This document shows positions 19,978 to 29,532 of a stretch of 64,000 bases of DNA, piece after piece. The notes under the pieces were generated by a model that was given only the letters and a program-made list of their open reading frames with translations, did not search any database and had not been told where the DNA came from. Position numbers and translations under genes: made by a program. The number at the start of each line of letters is the position of its first letter. Positions within the stretch are counted from its first letter, which is position 1. This stretch comes from Candidatus Bathyarchaeota archaeon (GTDB lineage Archaea > Thermoproteota > Bathyarchaeia > 40CM-2-53-6 > RBG-13-38-9), in contig CAWECG010000003.1 in NCBI GenBank assembly GCA_963807605.1, positions 64,001 to 128,000 of the forward strand, in the 5' to 3' direction.

Positions 19978-20784
19978 ATAAAAAACATAAGATTAGGGCC
20001 AAACGAACTCAAGCTAATCTTTACACTAGAAAGAGACCAAAAGACAGTATTTACACCGTTGACGGCCAAGGAAATACTTGGTACATCTGACAAAGCAGTC
20101 TACGGGGTATTAGAGGGACTCAAAAAGAAGAAAAGGATTAAACAAATACGTGGCGGCCTCTATCTGCTTGCCCCAGCTAAATCAGGGATCGAAGCTGAAT
20201 GGACTGAGCACATATTTACAATCCTTCCCAGCCTCTTGAAGACATCTTATTATGTCGGGTTCTGGTCCGCGCTCTCTTACTGGGGAATGACAGAACAGAT
20301 CCCAGAAGTAACCTATGTCGTGGTAACAAGACAGAGAAGAAAACTGCAGTTTGACGGCAGAGTTGTCCAGTTTATTACCTACCCTGAGACTCGCTTCTTC
20401 GGTTACGAGAAGGGAACATTGGGGAATACGGAGTTTAACATATCCGATCGTGAAAAAACGATAGTTGATTCCCTAGCACATCCAGAATATGTTGGTGGCA
20501 TATCCGAAGCAGCTAAGGCCATCTGGATGAATAGAGATGAAATCAAGATCGCCCAACTGATTGACTATTCACAAAGAATGAATATCAAAGCCGTGCGTAT
20601 GCGATTGGGTTACTTGTTGAAAATACTCGGCTTTGGTGAAGAATCATACAATTCACTGCTGCCTAATGGTCCTACAGGTGCACCGTGGCTGGATCCCTCG
20701 AGCGAAAAAAGGCAGATAAAATATTCGTCTAGGTGGGGCCTTCGCTTGAATGTACCAGAAAAAGTAATCCTTCATTGGAAGTGA
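19978..20784 (+). CDS. Type IV toxin-antitoxin antitoxin, AbiEi family
   Basis: IRGGLY, YYVGFWSALSYWGMTEQIP, ISDREKTIVD...PEYVGG; frame extends upstream of the TTG at 20059 to an ATA at 19978. Confidence 0.85.
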   Translation: MKNIRLGPNELKLIFTLERDQKTVFTPLTAKEILGTSDKAVYGVLEGLKKKKRIKQIRGGLYLLAPAKSGIEAEWTEHIFTILPSLLKTSYYVGFWSALSYWGMTEQIPEVTYVVVTRQRRKLQFDGRVVQFITYPETRFFGYEKGTLGNTEFNISDREKTIVDSLAHPEYVGGISEAAKAIWMNRDEIKIAQLIDYSQRMNIKAVRMRLGYLLKILGFGEESYNSLLPNGPTGAPWLDPSSEKRQIKYSSRWGLRLNVPEKVILHWK

Positions 20785-20788
20785 TTAG

Positions 20789-21739
20789 ATGGAGTTAGAT
20801 GGACTGAAAAGATATGCAGCGTCAAAACAGATAGCTTTGGGCACAGTCGAAAAGGACTGCGTGCTGTCTGTAGTGCTTTCACAGCTTTCTAAGAGCCAGT
20901 TTGCAAACCAGCTAATCTTCAAAGGCGGCACAGCCATAAAGAAGGCCTATTTTCCAGACGCAAGATTCTCAGTAGATCTTGACTTCAACTTCTTCGACAT
21001 TTCAGGTGATGCGCTTGTTAAGGAAATCTCGGAGCTTTTCAGCGGAAAAACCATCCTAGAGACAGTATTTGAAGATATCAAGAATGTGGAGATGGGGAAT
21101 GATAAAGTGCTGTTACGCTTGAGGTACAAAGCACAACTTGACCATCTTGACAGTGTAAGACTCGACCTCACCTTCAGGGAACCAGTAATGCTCGAACCAA
21201 GATGGTGGACGCCAAAAGATGATTATGATGTGACAAGAAGAATGACTTGTGAACATCTGACCTTAGGAGACATCAGGCCTATAACGAACGTTGAAGAACG
21301 ACTTTACGGGTGTAAACTCGGCAGAATGAGCGGAACAGCAAGAAACCGCAGAGCATGTCTCGACTGCAAAATGCAGAGCCCGAGAAGGAAGGACCCACTC
21401 CCCTCAGCCTTCAAGGCAATGTCTCTAGAAGAAATGCTATCAGAGAAAGTCAGAGCATGCCTAATGAGAGGTAGGCCGAGGGACCTCTACGACATTTGGT
21501 TCCTTCAGTCAAAAGGCATCATCTTAGACCGTCAGATGACCATCGATAAGCTTCACCTCTACCAAGAATTTCATCAGAGAATACCCAATATCAGGGAAAT
21601 AAGAGAAAACTTGGTAGTTATTGAACCAGAATGGGACAGGAATCTTGCGGCCCTAGCTCCTTCAAAGACATATCCGAAGTTTCAGGAGGCTCTCGAGAGC
21701 CTGATTCTCTTTTTAGAAAAAACAGGTTGGGAAACATGA
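20789..21739 (+). CDS. Type IV toxin-antitoxin toxin, AbiEii nucleotidyltransferase
   Basis: VEKD, LIFKGGTAIKK, RFSVDLDF, EEMLSEKVRA...RPRDLYD. Confidence 0.92.
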   Translation: MELDGLKRYAASKQIALGTVEKDCVLSVVLSQLSKSQFANQLIFKGGTAIKKAYFPDARFSVDLDFNFFDISGDALVKEISELFSGKTILETVFEDIKNVEMGNDKVLLRLRYKAQLDHLDSVRLDLTFREPVMLEPRWWTPKDDYDVTRRMTCEHLTLGDIRPITNVEERLYGCKLGRMSGTARNRRACLDCKMQSPRRKDPLPSAFKAMSLEEMLSEKVRACLMRGRPRDLYDIWFLQSKGIILDRQMTIDKLHLYQEFHQRIPNIREIRENLVVIEPEWDRNLAALAPSKTYPKFQEALESLILFLEKTGWET

Positions 21740-21826
21740 CCCAGCACACATCTTAGCACACTTAACAAATTACGCTTGATCCACATGGAAGTTGATGCTG
21801 CCCATTCGTGTCTGAACGTGATACTG

Positions 21827-22672
21827 CTATGTTTTCTCTGTTAATTTTCGCTCGAGATCCTCCAGTCTTCTTGTTGCTTCCTCAAACTTTAGTGTGAGCT
21901 TCTTTACAGCCTCGTCGCGTCTCTGCATCTCTTCCTGGAGCTGGGAGACCTCAGCTGATCCCGAGATTATGTTAAGATACTTCTCAGCTATCCTGTACTG
22001 AGTCAGCGTATAGTTCTTGTCTTTGAAGAAATTGTCATACTGATTCGGATCTGTAACATGACCCATGAAGAATTCAACAGCCTCCAGATCTAACCCCTCC
22101 TTCTTGCCTTGAAGATGAAGTAGGGTTCTCGCTGTATCCCTGAACTCGTGCAGGTTGAAGCCGTGTCGGTTACCAGTTGAGCCGCCACGCTTAATGTATT
22201 TCAGCCTTTCAAGAAGCCGCAGATGCCTCATGCGTATACCATGTTTGCGTACAGCCTTCCCATCAGCATCCAGGTAGATGGGTTCACCGTCTCGAGGCCA
22301 GCCCCTCTTCCTCTCAAAATACTCCTTCCAGGCAGCTAGAGCATCGTAGCCGATGAAGGTGTGACATTCCCGCTTGCCCTTGTTCTCCTTTCGGCCAGCA
22401 TAACTAAACATGAAGGGCTCCTCAACTCCCTTCTCCTTCAAGTGTTTGACGAGAACTCCAGCGCAAGTCGTGTTGAAGATCATGAATCTCTCAAGATCCA
22501 TGATTCCCATCCATAAAGTCAGGTAGAAGGCTTTCCGACCAACATCCACATTATCAATTAAACTCTTAACAACCTCAACACTCAACCTGCCAGAACTCGG
22601 CGACTTATCAGGATTAATCCGAAAATCATCAGCAGGCAGGGAAACACGGTTCTTCTTGAAGAAACCCCTAAT
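21827..22672 (-). pseudogene. Tyrosine recombinase/integrase lacking its N-terminus
   Basis: AIRGFFKKNRVSLP, FNLHEFRD (HxxR), FFMGH, NQYD catalytic Tyr region; no in-frame ATG/GTG/TTG between 22585 and the pncB stop. Confidence 0.8.
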
Positions 22673-22789
22673 CGCGCGCGCGTACGGGCTATTGATTCGC
22701 GATCGTGTATTCGAGTATTGGCTCAGATTGAGAAGCGCTTCTAGGTAGCCAGATCTGTGATCGAGTAGAAGCTGCTGAACCCTGACGAC

Positions 22790-24225
22790 CTAAGCTGGCT
22801 TCGTATATTCTAACCAGAGTCTGTCTCTCAACTTCTTGATCCCAGGGCTTATCCCGACAGGATACTGCTCAGTTGCGTCGATACTCCTTATCACATCAGG
22901 GAGCATCCCCAACTGTTCATTAGCATACTCCCTGACATCCTTAACATGTGGAAAGTTGTAGACTACCTTCCCCTTGACCATGATGGGGATCAATAAGGGG
23001 CGCCAGCCATCCTCTGGCTCTGGTTTCTCATCCCAGAGGGTTACCACATCCTCCGCGAACTTATCAGAGCTTGTGCGCCTGTAGACCTGCTTTCTTCCCG
23101 GCAAGGTCGCCTTTGACATATCGTCTGTGATCTTCATCTTGGGTATTACCTTACCATCCTCAATTCTCTCCGATATCTTGTATATGCCGTTGAGCGCCGA
23201 GACCTCCCCCCTGTCAGTCAACGGATTGTAGTTCGCACCCGTAATCAACCGTGTGCCCACTCCGAAACCGCCTATAGGTGCACCGGCTCTGAGGAGTCTA
23301 TCTATAACGAACTCGTCCAAGTCGCTACTGGCGAAGATCTTTGTTTCCCTCAGGCCTTCCTCATCTAGGATGGCTCTGACTTTCTTGCTCAATTCGAGCG
23401 TATCGCCACTGTCGAGTCTGACCCCTCTTAGTTCGCAGCCTTTCTTCCTGAGCTCTTTGCCAACTATGCATGCGTTCCTAGCTCCTGCCAGGGTGTCGTA
23501 AGTGTCTATAAGCAGTATTGAGTTGTGAGGAAATGATTCCGCATAGTCGCGGAAGGCATCAAGTTCGTTCTCCCTGTCCTGAATGAATTTGTGGGCCATG
23601 GTCCCGATGTAGGGTATGTCCCACATCTTGCCTGCCATAACAAGGGAGGTTCCTGTGGCGCCTCCGATGAAAGCCGCCCTAGCTCCCATGATGGCTGCAT
23701 CCCTACCATGAGCTCTCCTTGCACCAAAGTCTACAACATCCCTGCCTCGAGCGGCCTTGACTATCCTGGAGGTCTTTGTGGCTATGAGGGTCTGGAAGTT
23801 CATTATGTTGAGAACATATGTCTCGAAGAGTTGGACATCGGGGGAAGGCCCTGTGACATTTATTATCGGCTCATTCGGAAAGGCCACGGTGCCCTCGGGG
23901 ATAGCATATACATCTCCTGTAAATCTGAAGTTAAGGAGGTACTTGTAGAATTTCTCCTCGAAATCTTTTCCAGCAGTATCACTCAGCCATTCAATATCCT
24001 CCTGGGTGACTTGGCAGTTCTGGATGAAGTGGATGACCTGTTCTAAGCCGGCCGAGACAAGGTAGGAGCCTTGAGGTATCTTTCTGACATAGTAATTCTC
24101 TGTGATAATATCACGATTGAAGTGGTCAAGATTCGGCCTTTGCCATGGTTAATTCGTAATAGTCCAGAAAGAGACCCAAGGATTCTCTCATCAATCAAAC
24201 CTGACCTAGCTTGATTGTTACTCAA
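22790..24225 (-). pseudogene. pncB: Nicotinate phosphoribosyltransferase with two +1 frameshifts near the 5' end
   Basis: LFLDYYELTM, AGLEQ, PEGTVAFPNEP, TLIATK, DFGARRAHG, GTMAH, LIDTYD, GVRLDSGD; the N-terminal motifs lie in three different frames (shifts near 24176 and 24133). Confidence 0.9.
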
Positions 24226-24392
24226 CTATTGCGACTCCCTAATGAGATCCTTGACTGATGTTCTTTGTGAAGGAATTTGTGAGCATCAGTGCCTCAGCAG
24301 TTCAGGTGGTAATGAAAACTTATATTGCGCATTTGAATCTAGTGGTTAGAAATGTAAGCTCAGAGTGAGATTCCCAAAGGAGCGCCAATCTA

Positions 24393-24827
24393 TTGCCAAC
24401 ACCATATGAGGTTCCAGTTGACTTATTCATCAAGAGGTTAGCCGCTTACCTGAAGGAGAATGTTGGAGAGGTCTCACCTCCAGCATGGTCTCTTACCGCC
24501 AAGACCAGTTCACACAAGGAATACCCTCCCCAGGACCCTGACTGGTGGTATACGAGATGCGCCTCAATCCTGCGCAAGCTGTACATTCATGGTACGGTCG
24601 GAGTCTCCAGAATGCGGGCTGAGTATGGTGGAAGGACGAGGCGCGGAACGAGCAGAGAACATGCGAGGGCCGGCGGGGGCTCATCTGTCAGAGAGCCGCT
24701 TGCACAATTGGAGAAGGCAAAGTTCGTCTCGAAGGTTGAGAAGGAGGGACGCAAGCTCACAAGCGAGGGGGTAAGATTACTCAACAAGCTCTCGACTGAG
24801 ATCCTTAAGAGCTCAAGAGTGGGGTAG
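24393..24827 (+). CDS. rps19e: 30S ribosomal protein S19e
   Basis: PPQDPDWWYTRCASILRKLY, YGGR, GRKLTSEG. Confidence 0.97.
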   Translation: MPTPYEVPVDLFIKRLAAYLKENVGEVSPPAWSLTAKTSSHKEYPPQDPDWWYTRCASILRKLYIHGTVGVSRMRAEYGGRTRRGTSREHARAGGGSSVREPLAQLEKAKFVSKVEKEGRKLTSEGVRLLNKLSTEILKSSRVG

Positions 24828-24837
24828 AAGTTGGAAG

Positions 24838-25182
24838 ATGAGTTCTGAGGGCCTAGGCGAGGAGGAGCTCGAACAGATTCGTAAGAGGAAGATCTCAGAG
24901 CTCCAACGCGCGATGGCCGATGAACAGAGAGCAGAGAGAGCCCAAAAACAGCTAGAGTCTCAGAAAGAGGCCCTTTTGAGAGAGATACTTACGCCCGAGG
25001 CGAGACAGAGGCTGACAAACATAAGGATGGTCCGCCCGGACTTTGCTGACCAGCTTGAACTCCAGCTTATCCAGCTTGCTCAAGGCGGAAGACTCAGAAT
25101 TCCACTAAGTGACGTTCAATTGAAGGAAACCTTAAGACGCCTCCAAAGTCAGAAGAGAGAAATCAAGATAAGAAGGATGTAG
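24838..25182 (+). CDS. PDCD5-family DNA-binding protein
   Basis: ELEQIRKRK, ILTPEARQRLTNIRMVRPDFA, LIQLAQ. Confidence 0.95.
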   Translation: MSSEGLGEEELEQIRKRKISELQRAMADEQRAERAQKQLESQKEALLREILTPEARQRLTNIRMVRPDFADQLELQLIQLAQGGRLRIPLSDVQLKETLRRLQSQKREIKIRRM

Positions 25183-25184
25183 AT

Positions 25185-25340
25185 TTGGCAAGAAACAAAC
25201 CAGCCGCCAGAAAGCGAAGACTGGGCAGTGCCGGCAAGAAGAGCAAGCCCGTCCCCACGTGGGTAGTTGGAAAAACAAAAGGGACGGTAAGGTCAACTCA
25301 CAAGAGCAGGCACTGGAGAAGAACCAAACTAAAAATTTAG
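25185..25340 (+). CDS. rpl39e: 50S ribosomal protein L39e (below ORF-track cutoff)
   Basis: MARNKPAARKRRLGSAGKKSKPVPTWVVGKT...RHWRRTKLKI, 51 aa, expected synteny. Confidence 0.95.
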   Translation: MARNKPAARKRRLGSAGKKSKPVPTWVVGKTKGTVRSTHKSRHWRRTKLKI

Positions 25341-25352
25341 GTTGGAAAGGAG

Positions 25353-25736
25353 ATGCCGACGGAGGAAACTCAATCCGAACCGAAACCTGTAGATGAGGTT
25401 GAAGAGGAAGTGGAACAACCGGCACCCACCGTGAAGGCTGAAGAGCCTGTGCCACCTCCTGAGGAAGAAGGAATAGAGATTGTTGAGGAGAAGTTCTACA
25501 CAGTCAACCTTAGAGATGCTTGGACTGTGCCCAGAAAGCAGAGGGCGCCCAAAGCTGTCAGGATACTCAAAGATTTTGTAAAACGAAACATGAAGGCGGA
25601 AGATATCAAGGTCAGCAATGGAATCAACCAGGAGATCTGGTTAAGGAGCATACAAAAGCCTCCGAGAAAATTGAAGATACGTGTTGTAAAAGATAAAGAA
25701 GGACAAGTAATAATATTCCCCGTGAAAGCCGCATAG
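25353..25736 (+). CDS. rpl31e: 50S ribosomal protein L31e with an acidic N-terminal extension
   Basis: YTVNLR, RAPKAV, INQEIW...QKPPRKLKIRV. Confidence 0.95.
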   Translation: MPTEETQSEPKPVDEVEEEVEQPAPTVKAEEPVPPPEEEGIEIVEEKFYTVNLRDAWTVPRKQRAPKAVRILKDFVKRNMKAEDIKVSNGINQEIWLRSIQKPPRKLKIRVVKDKEGQVIIFPVKAA

Positions 25737-26101
25737 CGTATTGCGCGATTCTTTCCTAACAAAGAAGTAGCGTCCGCAAGTGAACAGTAGAGTAATCTTT
25801 CTCTAGAGAATCTTGTAGCGGGGATCCCTGAGGCCGCCATTCAGTGCCAATACGAAACTATCGTCAAGGTCACACAGGGATTGATGCCGTTAAGGCAAAA
25901 GACGCATGTCAGCAATGCACTGAGAATTCGAAACGACCGTTCACGGAAAACGCTATAAGATATCGGCAGCCACCCGCTACTCCTCTAGCTCTAGAAAAGG
26001 CAATAGCGAACGAGCCTGGAGATAACGAACAAAAACTATTAATCTCTAGGGGCTACGGGCTTGAGGTCGTACATTAGCTTGAAAGTCCGGGATGCTGTCT
26101 G

Positions 26102-27910
26102 ATGGAAATGAAAATCCTTGAAAAAGGCACCAAGTTTCAGGAACCCAAGATAACCCCTAATGATTTTCGAGAGTGGAATCGTAAGAATAAGCCTAGAGCT
26201 ATGAAAGACAAGACTATGGACGCGAAGACGGCGGTCAAGAAGTTCGTCAAGAGTGGAGATATTGTCTCAATAAGCGGCTGTAGCTTCGTAAGGATTCCAG
26301 TAGCCATCCTGCATGAAGTACTCAGACAAGGAACAAGAGACCTGTATGTTGCAGGAGGCACAAGATCTTACGACTTGAACATGCTCACAGATAACGGCAG
26401 AGTAAGCCACATCGACCCCGGATACATAATCGGTCTAGAGGTTCTTGGAATCCCCAAGATGAGTCGCAAAATAGTCGAGCAAGCCGTAACCAAAGGCCAA
26501 ATTACTCTCACTGAGTGGGACAACGCATCTATGGCTTGGAGACACAAAGCCGCGGGAATGGGGATACCATTCATCCCTGTCAGACATATGATGGGTGGAG
26601 ACGGATTCAAGTATAGTGGGGCAGTCAAAGTTCAATGCCCATTCACAAAAGAAGAAGTTGTTCTGGTTCCAGCTCTCTACACAGACGTAGCCTTGATCCA
26701 CGTACACGAATCAGACATCTATGGAAACGCGAGAATAACGTCAGGCGCGATTGTTGAGGATTGGGGCAAAGTAAGGGGCGCAAAGAGGGTCATCCTAAGC
26801 ACAGAGAAAATCATCAGCACCGAAGAGATCAGGAAGCAGCCTGACAGAACATTCGTTCCCTACTTCTATGTTGATGCCGTTGTAGAGGCAAAGTACGGGT
26901 CACATCCAGGCAACATGCCAGGGATGTACTATGTGGACATGGACCATTTTTCAGAGTACAGGACTGCTTGCGAAGATATGACGGGGGAGGCGTTGAAGCA
27001 GTATTACGACAAATACATCTTCAGCGTCGACTCGTTTGAAGAATATCTGTCTAAGATTGGCGGAGAGAAGAAGTTAAAGTATCTTGAAGATCTTGAGTTT
27101 TTGAGAGTGAAGCCGAGGAAGGGCCCCTCAATGACTGGAGAATACAACCCTATGGAATTGATGACAATAGTTGCCAGCAGAGACATAGAAGATGAGAAAA
27201 TAATCTACGTCGGAACAGGCATACCCATGCTCGTCACATCTCTTGCGCAGAAGACGAGAAATCTGAAGATCACCCCGATCTTCGAGGTTGGGGGGATAGG
27301 CCCTGAGATGCCGACACTACCCCTGTCTGTAGCCTGCTCAAGAACAACCTGGAGAGCCCTCAGAACAGCAGACAGCTCCGAAGCGTTTGAGATAGCGCAG
27401 GCAGGATTCGCAGACTACGCATTTCTGGGTGGAGCCCAGATCGACAAGTACGGCAATCTTAACTCGACGAACCTGGGCGATCATGACGCCCCTAAAGTTC
27501 GATTCCCAGGAAGCGGCGGCGCGAACGCCTTCGCCTCTTTCGCATGGAAGACCATGATAATCATGAATCACGAGAAGCGAAGGTTCATCGAGAAAGTTGA
27601 CTACATCACTTCGCCCGGATACCTTGATGGCCCCGGCGCAAGGGAGAAGATAGGACTACCCCCGGGAACGGGTCCGCACAGAGTATACACTACGAAAGGC
27701 ACCTTCGACTTTGATGAGAAGACCAAGAGGATGCGATTGTTTGCACTAAATCCTGGAGTGACTGTGGATGACGTCATCGCCAACACAGGGTTCGAACTTA
27801 TGATCCCGGCCAAGATTCAGCAGACGGAGCCGCCTACACGTGTAGAGTTGAAGATACTAAGGGAAGAAGTTGATCCCTACAGGGTTATACTTGGAAGGGG
27901 AGAGGCATAA
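26102..27910 (+). CDS. Family I CoA-transferase, fused alpha+beta (glutaconate CoA-transferase-like)
   Basis: MGIPFIP, DVALIHVHESDIYGN, VDAVVEAKYGSHP; beta part YVGTGIP, FEVG, FLGGAQIDKYGNLN, RFPGSGGA. Confidence 0.9.
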   Translation: MEMKILEKGTKFQEPKITPNDFREWNRKNKPRAMKDKTMDAKTAVKKFVKSGDIVSISGCSFVRIPVAILHEVLRQGTRDLYVAGGTRSYDLNMLTDNGRVSHIDPGYIIGLEVLGIPKMSRKIVEQAVTKGQITLTEWDNASMAWRHKAAGMGIPFIPVRHMMGGDGFKYSGAVKVQCPFTKEEVVLVPALYTDVALIHVHESDIYGNARITSGAIVEDWGKVRGAKRVILSTEKIISTEEIRKQPDRTFVPYFYVDAVVEAKYGSHPGNMPGMYYVDMDHFSEYRTACEDMTGEALKQYYDKYIFSVDSFEEYLSKIGGEKKLKYLEDLEFLRVKPRKGPSMTGEYNPMELMTIVASRDIEDEKIIYVGTGIPMLVTSLAQKTRNLKITPIFEVGGIGPEMPTLPLSVACSRTTWRALRTADSSEAFEIAQAGFADYAFLGGAQIDKYGNLNSTNLGDHDAPKVRFPGSGGANAFASFAWKTMIIMNHEKRRFIEKVDYITSPGYLDGPGAREKIGLPPGTGPHRVYTTKGTFDFDEKTKRMRLFALNPGVTVDDVIANTGFELMIPAKIQQTEPPTRVELKILREEVDPYRVILGRGEA

Positions 27911-27914
27911 GCCT

Positions 27915-29339
27915 CTATTTCGAAGAAGCTCTTATTCGCGAATATCTGTACATGGTGGCAAGTGCTTCGGCGGCCATCTCTGGTGAGATGTAGACCGGTA
28001 CCCCTTGCCCTTGCTTCTCAAGATCCGCCTGCATCTTGTCAACCATTTCCCACTCGCTAGTAGCATAGACTATGATGGGCTTCTCTGGGTGTCTTCTTGA
28101 AGCTGCAGCGATGAAGCTGTTATCCTTCAACTCTGTAAATCCCTTCGTGAGCATGAAACCGGCGATGATAGCGTCCACGTTTTTATCTTCAAACATGGAG
28201 TCGATAGCAACCTTGTAGGCTTCATCCATGCCTACAAACGAGACTGATGGCCAGATGTCATAGGGGTTCCCTACATCAATGAACGGCGGGCTTGCCTTCT
28301 TGAATTTGTTCAAGGTTTCATCTGTGAGTCTTGTGACCTCCAAGCCTGAGCTTTGACAGGCATCCGCCGTTATCACCCCTAGGGCTCCCGATGGTGTGAT
28401 TATTCCGACGCGATTGCCTCGTGGCGGTTGTTGGTAGACGAACGCTTTTGTGAGGTTTATGAGATCCATGTAGTTCTTTACGCGTATTACGCCAGCCTGT
28501 TTCAATGCAGCATCAACTATCACGTCATTGGCAGCTAGGGAAGCGGTATGTGAGTGGGCTGCTTTTGAGCCGGCAGAGGTTCTTCCGGACTTTAAAGCAA
28601 GTACGGGCTTCTTCTTGACAACCCTTTTTGCAACTTCCAAGAATCTTCTGCCGTCCTTCAGCCCTTCAATGTACATGGCTATGACTTTAGTTTCCGGATC
28701 ACTCTCCAAGTATTCTAGCGCGTCTGCATCGTCGACATCACACTTGTTGCCTAGACCTATCACTCTGCTGATTCCGAAATGTTCCTTTGAGAGTATCCAC
28801 TTGAATGTGACAGATGCAAAGTTACCTGTCTGAGCAATATAGGCTGCAGGCCCTGGCCTCAGGTCAACGCCTGCTTGGAAGGTTGTGGAAAAGCGGCTTG
28901 GAGTGCTGATGAGTCCGGTTGTGTTTGGCCCGATGATTCTCATTCCGGACTTTCCGGCGACATCTAGAATTTCCCGCTGCATCTTAGCGCCTTTTTCATC
29001 AACCTCGCCAAATCCTCCAGCGACGATGACGGCGTGTTTGATTCCTTTCTCAGCAAAATCCTTTATTACGCTAACAGCTGCTTCAGCTGGGACAAGGACC
29101 AGTCCAACATCAACGGGTCCGGGAATATCTTTCACATTAGGATAGGCCTTCAGGCCTAAGATTTCATCGACCTTTGGATTTACAGGGTAGATCTTTCCTT
29201 GGTAGCCAATCTTGAGAAGATTCTCAATAGCTATGTAACCTAGCTTTCCGGGGGTTTTTGAGGCCCCGACGACGGCGACGCTCTTTGGACTGAAGAATGT
29301 ATCCAGACTTGTCTTCATTATAGCCACTCTTTTCTGCAA
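27915..29339 (-). CDS. acdA: Acetate/acyl-CoA ligase (ADP-forming) alpha subunit
   Basis: FFSPKSVAVVGAS, YPVNP, RIIGPN, GLGNKCD, KSGRTSAGSKAAHSHTASLA. Confidence 0.88.
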   Translation of the reverse strand: MQKRVAIMKTSLDTFFSPKSVAVVGASKTPGKLGYIAIENLLKIGYQGKIYPVNPKVDEILGLKAYPNVKDIPGPVDVGLVLVPAEAAVSVIKDFAEKGIKHAVIVAGGFGEVDEKGAKMQREILDVAGKSGMRIIGPNTTGLISTPSRFSTTFQAGVDLRPGPAAYIAQTGNFASVTFKWILSKEHFGISRVIGLGNKCDVDDADALEYLESDPETKVIAMYIEGLKDGRRFLEVAKRVVKKKPVLALKSGRTSAGSKAAHSHTASLAANDVIVDAALKQAGVIRVKNYMDLINLTKAFVYQQPPRGNRVGIITPSGALGVITADACQSSGLEVTRLTDETLNKFKKASPPFIDVGNPYDIWPSVSFVGMDEAYKVAIDSMFEDKNVDAIIAGFMLTKGFTELKDNSFIAAASRRHPEKPIIVYATSEWEMVDKMQADLEKQGQGVPVYISPEMAAEALATMYRYSRIRASSK

Positions 29340-29532
29340 TGCTACATATCAAGGCGATAAAAACATTTTCTGGACATCTTCCACATCAAAGTGCATGCAA
29401 AATCCATTAAGCACATTTAGCCCTGCGAATTGCCATGGCCCAAAAGACGCCGACGCTAAATGGAACCGTGATTCTGCGAAGACAGCAAGTCTTAATAATT
29501 ATTATTTTAGAATGACGGCTCAGGTGTTTGAC

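Larger units (their letters stand above)
4920..22700. mobile_element. Degraded mosaic genomic/defence island (boundaries approximate)
   Basis: Interrupts the yhbY-rps19e synteny; contains a tyrosine recombinase, primase, TA pair, defence-type genes and many truncated ORFs; no att repeats or tRNA found. Confidence 0.7.

Noticed and set aside
2880-22682. CG tracts as a MITE/REP family or classical attC sites
   Set aside because: No shared sequence beyond 10-14 nt, no target duplications, and no GTTRRRY/RYYYAAC boxes recognised
17882-22792. Genome-wide TAG reassignment suggested by in-frame TAGs in the GmrSD gene and between pncB and the integrase
   Set aside because: rps19e, PDCD5, rpl39e, rpl31e and aIF-1A all end at TAG at their expected lengths, so TAG is a normal stop here
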